From an uncultured Verrucomicrobiota bacterium (GTDB lineage Bacteria; Verrucomicrobiota; Kiritimatiellia; RFP12; UBA3636), in the NCBI GenBank assembly GCA_937911295.1, contig CALDQE010000074.1:46959-110958 (forward strand): DNA of 64,000 nt, written 5' to 3'. The stretch's first letter is position 1; every line of letters begins with the position of its first letter. The notes beneath the pieces are model-generated. The model was given only the letters and a program-made list of their open reading frames with translations, was not told where the DNA came from and did no database searches. This document shows positions 47,075 to 57,343 of the stretch, one piece after another. A program made the position numbers and the translations under genes.

Positions 47075-47769
47075 TATCTAATTCCACCAGGCTTATCAAG
47101 ATATACGTTAATAGCAATAAACGAAGCCTTTTCCATTAGCTTTGCTTGAAGCTCAGAGACTGAGCATTTCAGATTTGAGAAGACATATTGATACGAGGTT
47201 TGTCCATTACGAACAGCTGTTGATTCAAGCACATATCTTCCAAAATTCTCTTTTATTACTTGCTCTACCTCTTTATATTTTGCAGTTGCCTCTGATGTTT
47301 CAAAAATAATAACCATTAGTCCATCACGATTAAACCATTTTATCATTGCCAAGCCTCGCATTGCGATTAGAGTAAAGAAAGCAAAAATATTTAATAGCAC
47401 GAGGAATATAAAATTAAAAGTTGCAGCAGCAATGGAGGAAGCGATTACAAGCATAATAAATCCGACCTCCTCTGGCTCCTTAATTGGTGTTCTAAAACGG
47501 ATGATAGACAAAGCACCAAGCAAACCCAAGGAAAGAGGGATTGAGATTTGAACACCTATAAAAAGTGTTGTTATTGATATTGCAAGCAAAGGGAATGCAC
47601 GATGCACCTGGCTTCCCGTCCCCCTTCTTTCATAAAAGAATCGATACAAAAAGCTTGCGAAGACTGCAGCAATTAATGACGCCAATAAAGCCGACACAAA
47701 TAGTCCAGCATCTAATTGCTCTCTAACCAGCTGGAATGAGTTTAATACATCAGATAGTTCTTTATTCAT
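47074..47769 (-). CDS. Polytopic membrane protein, DUF4956-like
   Basis: It has 4-5 TM helices. The motif GALSIIRFRTPIKEPEEVGF matches my recollection of the DUF4956 signature. It is translationally coupled to both neighbours through overlapping stop and start codons. Confidence 0.5.
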   Translation of the reverse strand: MNKELSDVLNSFQLVREQLDAGLFVSALLASLIAAVFASFLYRFFYERRGTGSQVHRAFPLLAISITTLFIGVQISIPLSLGLLGALSIIRFRTPIKEPEEVGFIMLVIASSIAAATFNFIFLVLLNIFAFFTLIAMRGLAMIKWFNRDGLMVIIFETSEATAKYKEVEQVIKENFGRYVLESTAVRNGQTSYQYVFSNLKCSVSELQAKLMEKASFIAINVYLDKPGGIR

Positions 47770-48485
47770 GGCAATGTCCTTTGTAAGATTGAATCCATAA
47801 TAGATCCATATTTTGAGAAGCTTTTAATTTTAAAGCCGCCTATCATTAGAGTTTCTAACCAAGAAGGTGGCGTGCCTCCTGGATTTTTAAATTCACATAC
47901 TATTGTATCTAGCGAAATTGATTCTGGTGCATACCCAAATCGAACTCTATTTATTCCATGTGTGCAGATATTGTAATCAAGGGCAATTCGACTTTTTGCA
48001 TTTGGGCAATAGAAACGCATTCTGTCATATGCAATTAGAACCGTTGGTGTCCAATAAAAGCTTTCTAAGAGTTCTAGCTTATGGACTTCCCTTTGAATAA
48101 AATCGGAAAAAGACAAATCCTCAAGAGGAGTTTTTTCCAGCCATTCTACGGGCAGAAGATATTCCTGGCGAAGCTTACGGCGTGCACTTCCTAATCTATA
48201 CTTTGCTTCAAGAAAGGCACGTGTAGTTCCATCTGGGTTAATTGCTTCCCCATACCAGCGTAGGCGAAGCTTAACCTTCAGATTGTCGCCATTTCGTTTT
48301 TCGTCGTAAGAGGACAAATCTGGAGAGTCAAAATAAATACTGCGTATTTTACCTATTGGGAAATAATCGTCAGCAAAGCAATAACAAGAAAGCAAATCTG
48401 CAGCAAAATTTTTTTCTTTTGCTGAAGCGATTAGCTTTCTTTCATTTACAAGATCTTTTTCCAGACTATTCAGGAATAAGTTCAC
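47766..48485 (-). CDS. VTC-domain (CYTH-like triphosphate-tunnel, polyphosphate-polymerase-like) protein
   Basis: It has the basic tunnel motifs RSIYFDSPDL, KVKLRLRWYG, FLEAKYR and VCEFK, typical of the VTC/CYTH beta-barrel. The 239-aa length fits. Confidence 0.55.
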   Translation of the reverse strand: MNLFLNSLEKDLVNERKLIASAKEKNFAADLLSCYCFADDYFPIGKIRSIYFDSPDLSSYDEKRNGDNLKVKLRLRWYGEAINPDGTTRAFLEAKYRLGSARRKLRQEYLLPVEWLEKTPLEDLSFSDFIQREVHKLELLESFYWTPTVLIAYDRMRFYCPNAKSRIALDYNICTHGINRVRFGYAPESISLDTIVCEFKNPGGTPPSWLETLMIGGFKIKSFSKYGSIMDSILQRTLP

Positions 48486-48601
48486 TTAACTATCTCCACA
48501 AACAATTTTATGTACCACTACATGTAAAATACTATCACTTTATTATGCTTATTTCTAGAAAAAATTCGCATTATTTAAAATATGCAAAGCAGAAATTTAA
48601 A

Positions 48602-49999
48602 TTATTTACCAATACAAAACTTAGAAAACACATTGTTTAGTAGAGACTCATTATAATTTCTTCCTGTTATTGCAGCAAGAGACTCTGCCACCTCGCGTAG
48701 CTTTTGAGCACAAAATACAGCAGCATCCTCCAGCCCGTCCGAATATAATGCAAGTGCTTGCTCAGCAGCTTCTGCAGCTTGAAGCAACAATTTATGGTGG
48801 CGTTCAGACACTGCCACAGTTTCATTACCAACTGTGCCACATTGCAGCTGAGTGGCAATTTGATTACGCAATTGCTCAATACCAGCCTCTGTTTTAGCAG
48901 AAATTACAATTGGTGCAATCAATCCCCTTAACGCCAATTCTTTAGTAAGCTCGTCTAACCGTTCATTCGAAATTGCATCTGCCTTATTTAAAACAACAAT
49001 ATTTGGTGTTTGAAGATGCTTTAATTGCGGTTCAAGAGGTTGCGTACCATCTATCACTGCCAAGCAAATATCAGCTGCCTGAGCAAGCTCCTTTGTGCGG
49101 GTAATACCTAGCTGCTCAATTGCATGCTCTGTTTCACGCAAGCCAGCAGTATCTGCCAATCGAACAGGAATACCGTCTATGATTAGCTGCTCTTCAATTG
49201 AGTCGCGTGTTGTTCCTGGTATATCAGTAACAATTGCTCTTTCATGCCCTAGCAACGCATTAAAAAGAGTTGATTTTCCAGCATTAGGAACTCCCGAAAG
49301 AACTAACAATGCACCTTCCCGCAAAAGCTTTCCATTATGCCATGTGCTAGCCAACGTACGTACTGCTTCAATAAATTGCATCAACCGCTCAGCAACATTT
49401 ACTGGTTCAAGAAGTCCGGAGGTTTCATCATCCATAAAATCAAGAGTAGCCTCCACATCTGCACAAATATCCATTATTAGAGAATAATATTCGTCAATTT
49501 TCTTTCCAAGACTACCCTTTAATTGCTCTGCCGCAATTTTCCCAGCTCGCTCACTCTGTGCATTAATTATATCTAAAACAGCCTCTGCTCTGGAAAGATC
49601 TAGCCGTCCATTTAAAAAAGCACGGCAAGTAAATTCGCCAGCACTAGCAGCAACAGCACCTAAAGATAAAAGCTCGTTTAATATTTTCTGTGAAGAGACA
49701 TGTCCACCGTGCACTTGCAGCTCTACTGTATCCTCACCTGTATAGCTATGTGGTGCACGATAAACTAATATAATCGCCTCATCTATTAGTTCGCCAGACT
49801 TAGCAGAGCGAAGCGTCGAATAAAAAAAGCTTCCACCTTGGTCTTTTTTCAGTTTTTGATTGGGACATAATGCAGCAGCAAGCTCAAGTGCTCGGGTTCC
49901 AGAAATACGCACAATACTAATGCCTGCAGCACCTGGAGCAGTACATATCGCAGCAATGGTTTTTTCCATTCCTATATCAATAAAAAATCCATCATTCAT
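48602..49999 (-). CDS. mnmE: tRNA modification GTPase MnmE
   Basis: It has the G-domain GVPNAGKSTLFNALL, DTAGLRE, NKAD and the C-terminal CIGK motif. Confidence 0.9.
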   Translation of the reverse strand: MNDGFFIDIGMEKTIAAICTAPGAAGISIVRISGTRALELAAALCPNQKLKKDQGGSFFYSTLRSAKSGELIDEAIILVYRAPHSYTGEDTVELQVHGGHVSSQKILNELLSLGAVAASAGEFTCRAFLNGRLDLSRAEAVLDIINAQSERAGKIAAEQLKGSLGKKIDEYYSLIMDICADVEATLDFMDDETSGLLEPVNVAERLMQFIEAVRTLASTWHNGKLLREGALLVLSGVPNAGKSTLFNALLGHERAIVTDIPGTTRDSIEEQLIIDGIPVRLADTAGLRETEHAIEQLGITRTKELAQAADICLAVIDGTQPLEPQLKHLQTPNIVVLNKADAISNERLDELTKELALRGLIAPIVISAKTEAGIEQLRNQIATQLQCGTVGNETVAVSERHHKLLLQAAEAAEQALALYSDGLEDAAVFCAQKLREVAESLAAITGRNYNESLLNNVFSKFCIGK

Positions 50000-50015
50000 A
50001 ATGCCTCAATATGTA

Positions 50016-51854
50016 CTAATCTACACGCTGAATAGAAATTCCTCCAATGGAAACCCTACCTTTAAACTCGCCTCTAATCATTATACGTATATATTCTTTA
50101 AGCTCTCTTCCCTCAACAGTTCGTTTTGCTAGCCACCAGCCAGCCTTGGAGGGTCGATATTTAAAGCATTTAGGAATATCTTGATTTTTATATAATGTTT
50201 TTGAGATTTCCTTCTTATGGAACTCAACCATTTTTTCGCTAGGTAAGGCCTTTGCCAATTCTGATTCATTAGCATTTACCAGCTGCATATAAATATTGCC
50301 AGCATAATTACTTTCATCGTAATACACTTTGGCTAAAATAAGATATTTCCCTTTAGGATCTATCTTGACATAAGGCGTCTCAAAACATAATTGAGAATAT
50401 GCATTTTCAACATTATGAAAGATCAACTCTGAGCCATACATTCCATCTATATTATCAAAAGAAACCTTAACTCTGTCTGAAGTTGTATATTGATATGGAT
50501 AAAGAGATTCTAAATTGCCAGAGCTCATCCAAATTTCTGGTAGCAAATTTTGTTTCTCTGCAAAGGCATCTGCATGATAAATTTCTGGTGTACTATGATG
50601 ATAGCGAGCAATCTTCCCCTTACGATTTCCATGTGTTGAGGAATAAACCATACCAACAACCATCAATAAAATTATACCAATAACGACAGAGAAGATAAGC
50701 TTCTTTGCTGGGGCTTGCTCAGCAGCATTGACCTTACGCAGATACTTGCTTTCCTGTGCTTGTGGTGCTCTCGACCTAGAACCATTAGCATCCCTTGTGG
50801 CTACTAAATTCGCATTAATCTTACTCTTTCGCACACCAGGCTTGTGTGAAAGCACTGTCATATTATTTTTTGCTGGAGTAGCGGCACTAGAGGTCTGCTG
50901 ATTTGCTGCTCCTGACTGCTTTTTAATTATTATTGGCTTTTTAAATGAAAGCTTGCCTTTTGAAGTATCTTGTTTAGGTAGAGGAGATTCTGCCTTCAAA
51001 ATATCAGATAAATCAATTTGGTGTAGGCAAACTGTTTTAGCCAAATCAGAAGACTCATTTGAGACAACAATCTCTGATTTTGTTATTTCATGCTCAAGAG
51101 CAACATCCTCAGCTGGCTCTTCCTCCAAAACATAGCACAGTAAAGGAACATCACTCTCATTTAATCCAACAAAGCGAACTCGCTCTCTGAACTCATTAAA
51201 ATCATAACAAATTCTTCTAAAGAAAATAGATTTTGTTTCTGAATCAAACAAAACATAGCTTGCCCGCAAATCATCATCTCTTGGGGAACCCACAGAGCCA
51301 ACATTCACAATATAACGATTCTGTTCCTCAAGTGTAAAATCCTGAGCTGGGAGCGAGCACATTTCACAGCCATCCCGAGTTGTTACAAAGACCGCTGGAA
51401 GATGACTATGTCCGCAAAAAACTATATGCTCTGTAATTTTATTCCACGTTAGCCTTGCATCATCACAATCAACTATATAATTAAATTCGTGCGGTGCATC
51501 ACAATCTCCATGAACGCACCTAAAATTTTCCTCCGAAAATTCATAATTTAATGTTGAAAGATACTCAATCTCCTCGGGATTTAATTGAAGCTCAGTCCAT
51601 TCAATTAACTTTCGTGCATGCTCATTAAAAGCACGGGAATCCAATTTCTTTGTAACAACAGCATCGTGGTTTCCTAGAATACAAGCATATGCTACATCGC
51701 GAATTGACTGCACACACCGACCAGGCTCTGGACCATACCCAACAACATCGCCGAGGCACACAATTCGCTCTACCCCAATACTCCTTATATCTTCTAGTAC
51801 TGCGGCCCAAGCGGTATAATTACCATGAATATCTGAAACTATAGCATATAGCAT
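50016..51854 (-). CDS. Bitopic protein with an N-terminal cytoplasmic PPP/ApaH-type metallophosphoesterase, a low-complexity linker, a single TM helix and a roughly 210-aa extracytoplasmic C-terminal domain
   Basis: The phosphoesterase motifs are DIHGN, GDVVGYG, GNHD and GHSH. The linker is rich in S/T/K/Q. The TM helix is LIFSVVIGIILLMVVGMVY. The C-terminal domain has no recognisable family. Confidence 0.75.
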   Translation of the reverse strand: MLYAIVSDIHGNYTAWAAVLEDIRSIGVERIVCLGDVVGYGPEPGRCVQSIRDVAYACILGNHDAVVTKKLDSRAFNEHARKLIEWTELQLNPEEIEYLSTLNYEFSEENFRCVHGDCDAPHEFNYIVDCDDARLTWNKITEHIVFCGHSHLPAVFVTTRDGCEMCSLPAQDFTLEEQNRYIVNVGSVGSPRDDDLRASYVLFDSETKSIFFRRICYDFNEFRERVRFVGLNESDVPLLCYVLEEEPAEDVALEHEITKSEIVVSNESSDLAKTVCLHQIDLSDILKAESPLPKQDTSKGKLSFKKPIIIKKQSGAANQQTSSAATPAKNNMTVLSHKPGVRKSKINANLVATRDANGSRSRAPQAQESKYLRKVNAAEQAPAKKLIFSVVIGIILLMVVGMVYSSTHGNRKGKIARYHHSTPEIYHADAFAEKQNLLPEIWMSSGNLESLYPYQYTTSDRVKVSFDNIDGMYGSELIFHNVENAYSQLCFETPYVKIDPKGKYLILAKVYYDESNYAGNIYMQLVNANESELAKALPSEKMVEFHKKEISKTLYKNQDIPKCFKYRPSKAGWWLAKRTVEGRELKEYIRIMIRGEFKGRVSIGGISIQRVD

Positions 51855-51942
51855 TTGCAGAACACTCCGTTCATAATTACATCTTAATTTCTAAATACAT
51901 TCTTGAATTAAGATGCTATTACTACTTGATTTATCGAAAAAA

Positions 51943-52734
51943 TTAAACATTAAGAATCTTTTGGAAGAAATCGCGAACACGTGGATTTTGTGATTGCTTT
52001 GTAACCTCAAGCGGTGTGCCCTCTTCTATAATCTTTCCATGATCCATAAAGATAATTCTATCTGCCACCTCACATGCAAAGCCAATCTCGTGTGTAACAA
52101 CAATCATTGTCATCCCCTCCTTGGCCAAATCATTCATAAGGGAAAGCACCTCACCAACCATCTCTGGATCAAGAGCACTTGTTGGTTCATCAAACAAAAT
52201 TACCTCTGGCTTCATTGCCAAAGCTCGAATAATAGCTACGCGCTGCTTCTGTCCACCAGAAAGCTGTAAAGGATATGCATCTGCCTTCTCTGCCAAACCA
52301 ATTCTCGCAAGTAGCTCATCTGCAACCTTACTTGCCTCTGCCTTAGTTAATCGCTTTGTTTGAACTGGAGCTAGCGTGATATTTTCCTTAATTGTCAAAT
52401 GTGGGAACAAATTAAAATGCTGAAAAACCATTCCTACATTTTCACGAAAATGATTTTCTGCTCTTGGATTATCTGATACCTTCTTACCATGAAAGAGAAT
52501 TTCGCCCGAGGTTGGATGCTCAAGCTTATTCAAACAACGCAAAAAGGTACTTTTACCCGAGCCCGATGGCCCAACAATAAAAACAGCCTCTCCCTTTTTA
52601 ATAGCAGCAGATGCTCCATCAACTGCGTTAACTGTTGCATACTTTTTTACTAAATTCTTAACTTCAAAAATTACAGGATTATTTTCCATACCATCTTCTC
52701 CTAATTTCTTCTCTTTTTTGCTGAGCTTATTCAT
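51943..52734 (-). CDS. Polar amino-acid ABC transporter ATP-binding protein, with start possibly at the internal MENNPVIF
   Basis: It has Walker [10 protein letters not shown], the signature [11 protein letters not shown], Walker [12 protein letters not shown], and a GlnQ/HisP-like sequence. Confidence 0.9.
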   Translation of the reverse strand: MNKLSKKEKKLGEDGMENNPVIFEVKNLVKKYATVNAVDGASAAIKKGEAVFIVGPSGSGKSTFLRCLNKLEHPTSGEILFHGKKVSDNPRAENHFRENVGMVFQHFNLFPHLTIKENITLAPVQTKRLTKAEASKVADELLARIGLAEKADAYPLQLSGGQKQRVAIIRALAMKPEVILFDEPTSALDPEMVGEVLSLMNDLAKEGMTMIVVTHEIGFACEVADRIIFMDHGKIIEEGTPLEVTKQSQNPRVRDFFQKILNV

Positions 52735-54196
52735 TTCTCTTCAAACGCTTTTCAAGCAATGTAAGTAGCTTTGACAAGAATATAACTACTGTTAGGTAGA
52801 TGATTGCAACAGCCATTAATGGGACAAATGCATTATATGTTTGGCCACGAATAATGTCGCCTCCCTTTGTTAAATCCTCAAGTGCGATATAGCCAGAAAT
52901 ACTTGTCTCCTTCAAAAGCACGATAAACTCATTGCCAAGTGCTGGTAAGACATTTTTAAATGCCTGAGGAAGGATAATTAAAACCATTGTTTTTGGATAG
53001 GACAAACCTAAACTACGGCCTGCCTCTAGCTGTCCCTTATCAATTGACATAATTCCAGAACGAATGATTTCGGCTACATAAGCACCAGAATTTAAGCCAA
53101 AAGCAATAATCGCAATAAGCACCTTATTTATATCGACAGAACCAAAAATTACGAAATAAATAATCAAAAGCTGAACCACGACCGGTGTACCACGAATAAC
53201 GGTCAAATATAATTTACAAAATAAATTTGCTAGCTTTAGCTTACCTGTCTGATCTGCTGCACTACGAATAACGGCGACAAGGAAGCCTATTATAATTCCA
53301 AGAATAACCGCTCCAGCAGAAATCTCAATTGTTTTAACAAAACCATTTAGCAAATATTTATAACGGTTATCATCAACAAAATTTGTATGAAAATCATCCT
53401 TAACCTTATCCCAGAAACCATATTTGTCTGAGGATTCTGCCTGTATTGCAGTCTTATTTTGGTGTTTAAGAGCAATATGCTTAATCAAGCCCTCTTCTTT
53501 CATCTCAGCCAAAGTAGCGTTAATCATAGCGAGCAAATCCTCGCGATCCTTATTGATTGCAAACGCATATTCCTCGGTTGTTAGAGGCTCAGGCAAGAGA
53601 GCTAAACTATTGCTACGCTTAACGAACTGTTCTGCTGGTGTGGTATCTATCACACCAGCGTCTAATCTTCCTGAGGTTATTGCTGCACAAACTAGTGCTG
53701 CATTATCAAAGCGCTCTGGCTCACCAAAGTTTTTTGCGACATATATGTCACCAGTTGTTCCTCCTTGAACACCGATGCGCTTACCTTTTAAATCTGTAGC
53801 AGATTTTATTGAAGAGCCTTTTGGTACAATTACAGATTGCCCTGCAACGAAATATGTATCTGTAAAATTAACAATCTTTTTTCTATCTTCTGTGACAGTG
53901 ATACCTGCTGCTGCAATATCTGCTTTACCAGATTGAACTGCAGCGATAATTGAATTAAATGGCATATCTTCTATTTTTAGAGCATATCCATTACGACGTG
54001 CAATTTCGCCCACCACATCTGGATCAATACCAACAATTCTTTCTCCCTCACGATACTCGTATGGTGGAAAAGTCGCCTCAGTAACCATACGAAGCACCTT
54101 TGCCTGTGTTGGTACTGCATTAGTTGCTACTTGAGTATTGGCAAGAGCAGATAGCATCATCGTACATAACACACAAAAAACGAGTTTTAATTTCAT
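52727..54196 (-). CDS. Fused periplasmic substrate-binding protein and permease of a polar amino-acid ABC transporter
   Basis: A signal peptide is followed by an SBP type-2 domain in the N-terminal half. The C-terminal half has about 5 TM helices with the EAA-like permease loop. It overlaps the ATPase gene by 8 nt. Confidence 0.85.
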   Translation of the reverse strand: MKLKLVFCVLCTMMLSALANTQVATNAVPTQAKVLRMVTEATFPPYEYREGERIVGIDPDVVGEIARRNGYALKIEDMPFNSIIAAVQSGKADIAAAGITVTEDRKKIVNFTDTYFVAGQSVIVPKGSSIKSATDLKGKRIGVQGGTTGDIYVAKNFGEPERFDNAALVCAAITSGRLDAGVIDTTPAEQFVKRSNSLALLPEPLTTEEYAFAINKDREDLLAMINATLAEMKEEGLIKHIALKHQNKTAIQAESSDKYGFWDKVKDDFHTNFVDDNRYKYLLNGFVKTIEISAGAVILGIIIGFLVAVIRSAADQTGKLKLANLFCKLYLTVIRGTPVVVQLLIIYFVIFGSVDINKVLIAIIAFGLNSGAYVAEIIRSGIMSIDKGQLEAGRSLGLSYPKTMVLIILPQAFKNVLPALGNEFIVLLKETSISGYIALEDLTKGGDIIRGQTYNAFVPLMAVAIIYLTVVIFLSKLLTLLEKRLKRNE

Positions 54197-54582
54197 TTAA
54201 TTCTCCTAATTATAAAGCTCTCAGAGCATTCCTTTTAGCTCTTTGGGGTTCAATTTATATATTTTACAATAGTGATTTGCACTTCAATCTAAAAATAAAT
54301 TTCAAATAATTGTTTAAATTATACCATAAATTAAAGATTTTTCAAAGGACAAAGCAACAATTGGCAATTTTCGTGCAAATATTGCCGACATTTTCTCACG
54401 CGAAGCACACATAGTGTGATTTTCAGAGGCTTATGTGGTTACAAGGTGTTGGACAAATTAAATGATAATATATAATCCTGGGAATCCTCTTTGTGCCCCA
54501 CATTGGGGCTTAATGGCGGCCTTATTGCTTCGAAAGATTTAACAATAAGAATGACAACCTTCAAGCACTAGTGTCGAGCATT

Positions 54583-54600
54583 ACACACACACACATCACA
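54583..54600. repeat. (AC)6 dinucleotide microsatellite in the ABC transporter upstream region
   Basis: The sequence is ACACACACACACATCACA. Confidence 0.8.
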
Positions 54601-54678
54601 ATGCTCACCACTCAAGTAATCCGAACAATCACGCAAATCTTGTTTTACTACACGAATGTGCATATATGCACACAAAAT

Positions 54679-55581
54679 TTATGCTAAATATCGCTCACCC
54701 GAATCTGGTAAAAGAACCACAATATTCTTTCCAGCAAATTCTTTGCGCTTCCCTACTTCAATTGCTGCAGCTAATGCGGCACCAGAAGAAATACCCACCA
54801 GTAAGCCCTCTTTTGTCGCTGCTTCCTTTGACAATGAAATAGCTACTTCGTCACCTACTGTAATAATTTCATCATAATCGCTCTTATCCAAAATCGGTGG
54901 CACAAAATTTGCACCAATTCCTTGTATCTTATGTGCCCCAGACTTGCCTTCTGAAAGCATCGGTGAGGCAGCTGGTTCCACTGCTACTACATGAATTCCA
55001 TTACATTTTGAACGAAGAAAACGACTAACCCCAGACAATGTTCCAGAGGTGCCAACGGTAGCAACAAAACAATCAATCTCGCCATCAAGTGCATCAAAAA
55101 TCTCTGGACCCGTTGCCGTGAAATGTGCATATGAATTTGCTGGATTTTCAAACTGCTGAGGAATAAAAGAACCTGGGTTTTCCTCCTGCAAGTCCTTTGC
55201 CTTTGCTATAGAACCCGCCATACCTTCGGCACCAGGTGTAAGCACAACCTCCGCCCCATAAGCAGCAAGTAAACGGCGGCGCTCTATACTCATCGTATCA
55301 GGCATTGTAAGAATTAAACGATATCCTTTAACTGCGGCAACTAGAGCCAAACCTATTCCTGTGTTGCCACTCGTCGGCTCAATAATCAATCCACCTGGCT
55401 TCAAAAGGCCTTGCTTCTCTGCTGTTTCAATCATTTTTAGAGCAACACGATCCTTTGCAGAGCCACCAGGATTAAAATATTCAACCTTTGCAAAAATATT
55501 TGCTACGCAACCTTCGGTTAGTTTATTTATGCGGACTAATGGTGTCCCACCTATTGTATCTAAAATTGTTTCTTTTATCAT
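54679..55581 (-). CDS. cysK: Cysteine synthase A (O-acetylserine sulfhydrylase)
   Basis: It has the PLP-lysine region (SAKDR), the EPTSGNTGIGLA loop and a GTSGT-like motif. The 300-aa length fits. Confidence 0.9.
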   Translation of the reverse strand: MIKETILDTIGGTPLVRINKLTEGCVANIFAKVEYFNPGGSAKDRVALKMIETAEKQGLLKPGGLIIEPTSGNTGIGLALVAAVKGYRLILTMPDTMSIERRRLLAAYGAEVVLTPGAEGMAGSIAKAKDLQEENPGSFIPQQFENPANSYAHFTATGPEIFDALDGEIDCFVATVGTSGTLSGVSRFLRSKCNGIHVVAVEPAASPMLSEGKSGAHKIQGIGANFVPPILDKSDYDEIITVGDEVAISLSKEAATKEGLLVGISSGAALAAAIEVGKRKEFAGKNIVVLLPDSGERYLA

Positions 55582-55594
55582 AGCTATTACTCCT

Positions 55595-56800
55595 CTACTT
55601 TATTATTTTGGGTATTGATATAGCAAATAGTGAATTAGCAACTGACATAGCAGCAGCAAAACTAAATAATACCTCTGCACCAAGTTTATCAAATACAATG
55701 CCACCAATCAATGCAAACACCACTGAAATAATATGATTAACAGATATTCCGGAGGAAAGCGTTGCTGTGAGCTCCTCCCTTGTGTCAGAAAGCTTCGCTG
55801 CATACAAATTTGATGCAATTGATGCATGGCTAATTATTGTATCTAAAATATAATTTATGCAAACAATCCATATTGCTATATGCTTTGCGAATAACGTATC
55901 TGCAAAACCATAAAGCAAACAAACAAAAAACAGGATTACTGTATCATAAATCATTACATTGCGATATCCCCAGCAATCAACAAGCTTGCCAATGAGGCGA
56001 CCACCAAACAATGCTGTAAAAAGTGCACTCACTCCCAAAAGCATTGCTATTTCATCTGTCTTCATTTCATAATTTTTTATCAATAACAATGGACCAAAGG
56101 TTAAGAACACCTGTTTACGTGCGCCATAAAACAGCTCTAAACAATAAAAACGCCAATATTTCTTGTTGAAATAAAAGCTAGGACGATTACCCTTTGTGTC
56201 GGCTGCTTTTCCATGGAAAGTTAGCACAACACTTATTAAAAGTAACACCATAATGACACACCACACAACATCAAACAAAAGCTGTGATGAAGATACATCC
56301 AAAAATTTTGGTAATGCATAAAATATACCCGCAACAATTAACGAGCCCAAGACCGTTCCAGCATTTATTGCACCTGTCACTATACCAAGGGATTCTCCTC
56401 CCTTACCTTCCTTTGCAATACTAAGTGCAATCGCTTGGCGAACTGGCATAACAACATGCTCTCCCAACGAGAAAAGTGTGATAAAAATTGTTGTCCCCAT
56501 CAAATTTGCAGGAACAAGCATTAACCCAGCTGCAAGCAATGAAAATATAGTACCTAATCTTAATACTCGCCAATCTGTGAGCCTATACATCATTGCTAAA
56601 AGGATAATCAGCAGCACGCCAGGCAATTCACGGCAGAACTCTACTATTCCACGCTGAAAGCCTGTTACATGATGTATATCGACTAAAAAATTATTAAGTG
56701 AAGCAGCAAAGCAGCCAACCCCAATTCCCCAAATAAAAATACTAGGGAAAAATACTTCTGCCCCCACATCCTTTTTACAAACTTTAAATATGCTAATCAT
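55595..56800 (-). CDS. Major facilitator superfamily transporter
   Basis: It has about 12 predicted TM helices at 401 aa, and an MFS-type loop between TM2 and TM3. Confidence 0.7.
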   Translation of the reverse strand: MISIFKVCKKDVGAEVFFPSIFIWGIGVGCFAASLNNFLVDIHHVTGFQRGIVEFCRELPGVLLIILLAMMYRLTDWRVLRLGTIFSLLAAGLMLVPANLMGTTIFITLFSLGEHVVMPVRQAIALSIAKEGKGGESLGIVTGAINAGTVLGSLIVAGIFYALPKFLDVSSSQLLFDVVWCVIMVLLLISVVLTFHGKAADTKGNRPSFYFNKKYWRFYCLELFYGARKQVFLTFGPLLLIKNYEMKTDEIAMLLGVSALFTALFGGRLIGKLVDCWGYRNVMIYDTVILFFVCLLYGFADTLFAKHIAIWIVCINYILDTIISHASIASNLYAAKLSDTREELTATLSSGISVNHIISVVFALIGGIVFDKLGAEVLFSFAAAMSVANSLFAISIPKIIK

Positions 56801-56818
56801 TTATCCACCAAATTTTAT

Positions 56819-57304
56819 TTATTGCTCAGCATCTACTGGTACCGCCTTCGCAACGGTTTTTAAAATTTCGGGTTTTATTTTAACAAAGAAGCCCCTAGCA
56901 CCACCATTTATTACAATCCACTCTAAATCAAAAATCGTTTTTTGTGCATAAACAGGCACCTGCTTACGAAACCCAAAAGGGCTTATCCCTCCACAAAAAT
57001 AACCACTATATTTTTGTGCTTCATCTACTGTACAAGGTTCTGTAAACTTCACCTTCAGGATTCGTGCCATTTCCTTTTGAGAGATTTCATTATCTCCATG
57101 CATAAGAACAATAAATGGCTTGCCAGCATCCGTTTTGAGAACAATTGTCTTAATTACATAATGCTCATCAATTCCAAGCACCTCTGCACACTGGCTAGTA
57201 CCCCCATGCTCTTCATAGGTATATTTATGTGCTTCATACTCAACCTTAGCACCTCGTAGCACTCGAATACCTGGAGTAACTGGAAAATCTGATTCTTTGC
57301 TCAT
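56819..57304 (-). CDS. ybaK: YbaK/ProX-type aminoacyl-tRNA deacylase (Cys-tRNA(Pro) deacylase-like)
   Basis: It is 161 aa. The patterns KTIVLKTDAGKPFIVLMHGDNEIS..K and GGISPFG are the YbaK fold motifs. Confidence 0.8.
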   Translation of the reverse strand: MSKESDFPVTPGIRVLRGAKVEYEAHKYTYEEHGGTSQCAEVLGIDEHYVIKTIVLKTDAGKPFIVLMHGDNEISQKEMARILKVKFTEPCTVDEAQKYSGYFCGGISPFGFRKQVPVYAQKTIFDLEWIVINGGARGFFVKIKPEILKTVAKAVPVDAEQ

Positions 57305-57343
57305 CCTTTTCGTCCCTTGACTACTTTAAACTCAAATAAATTG

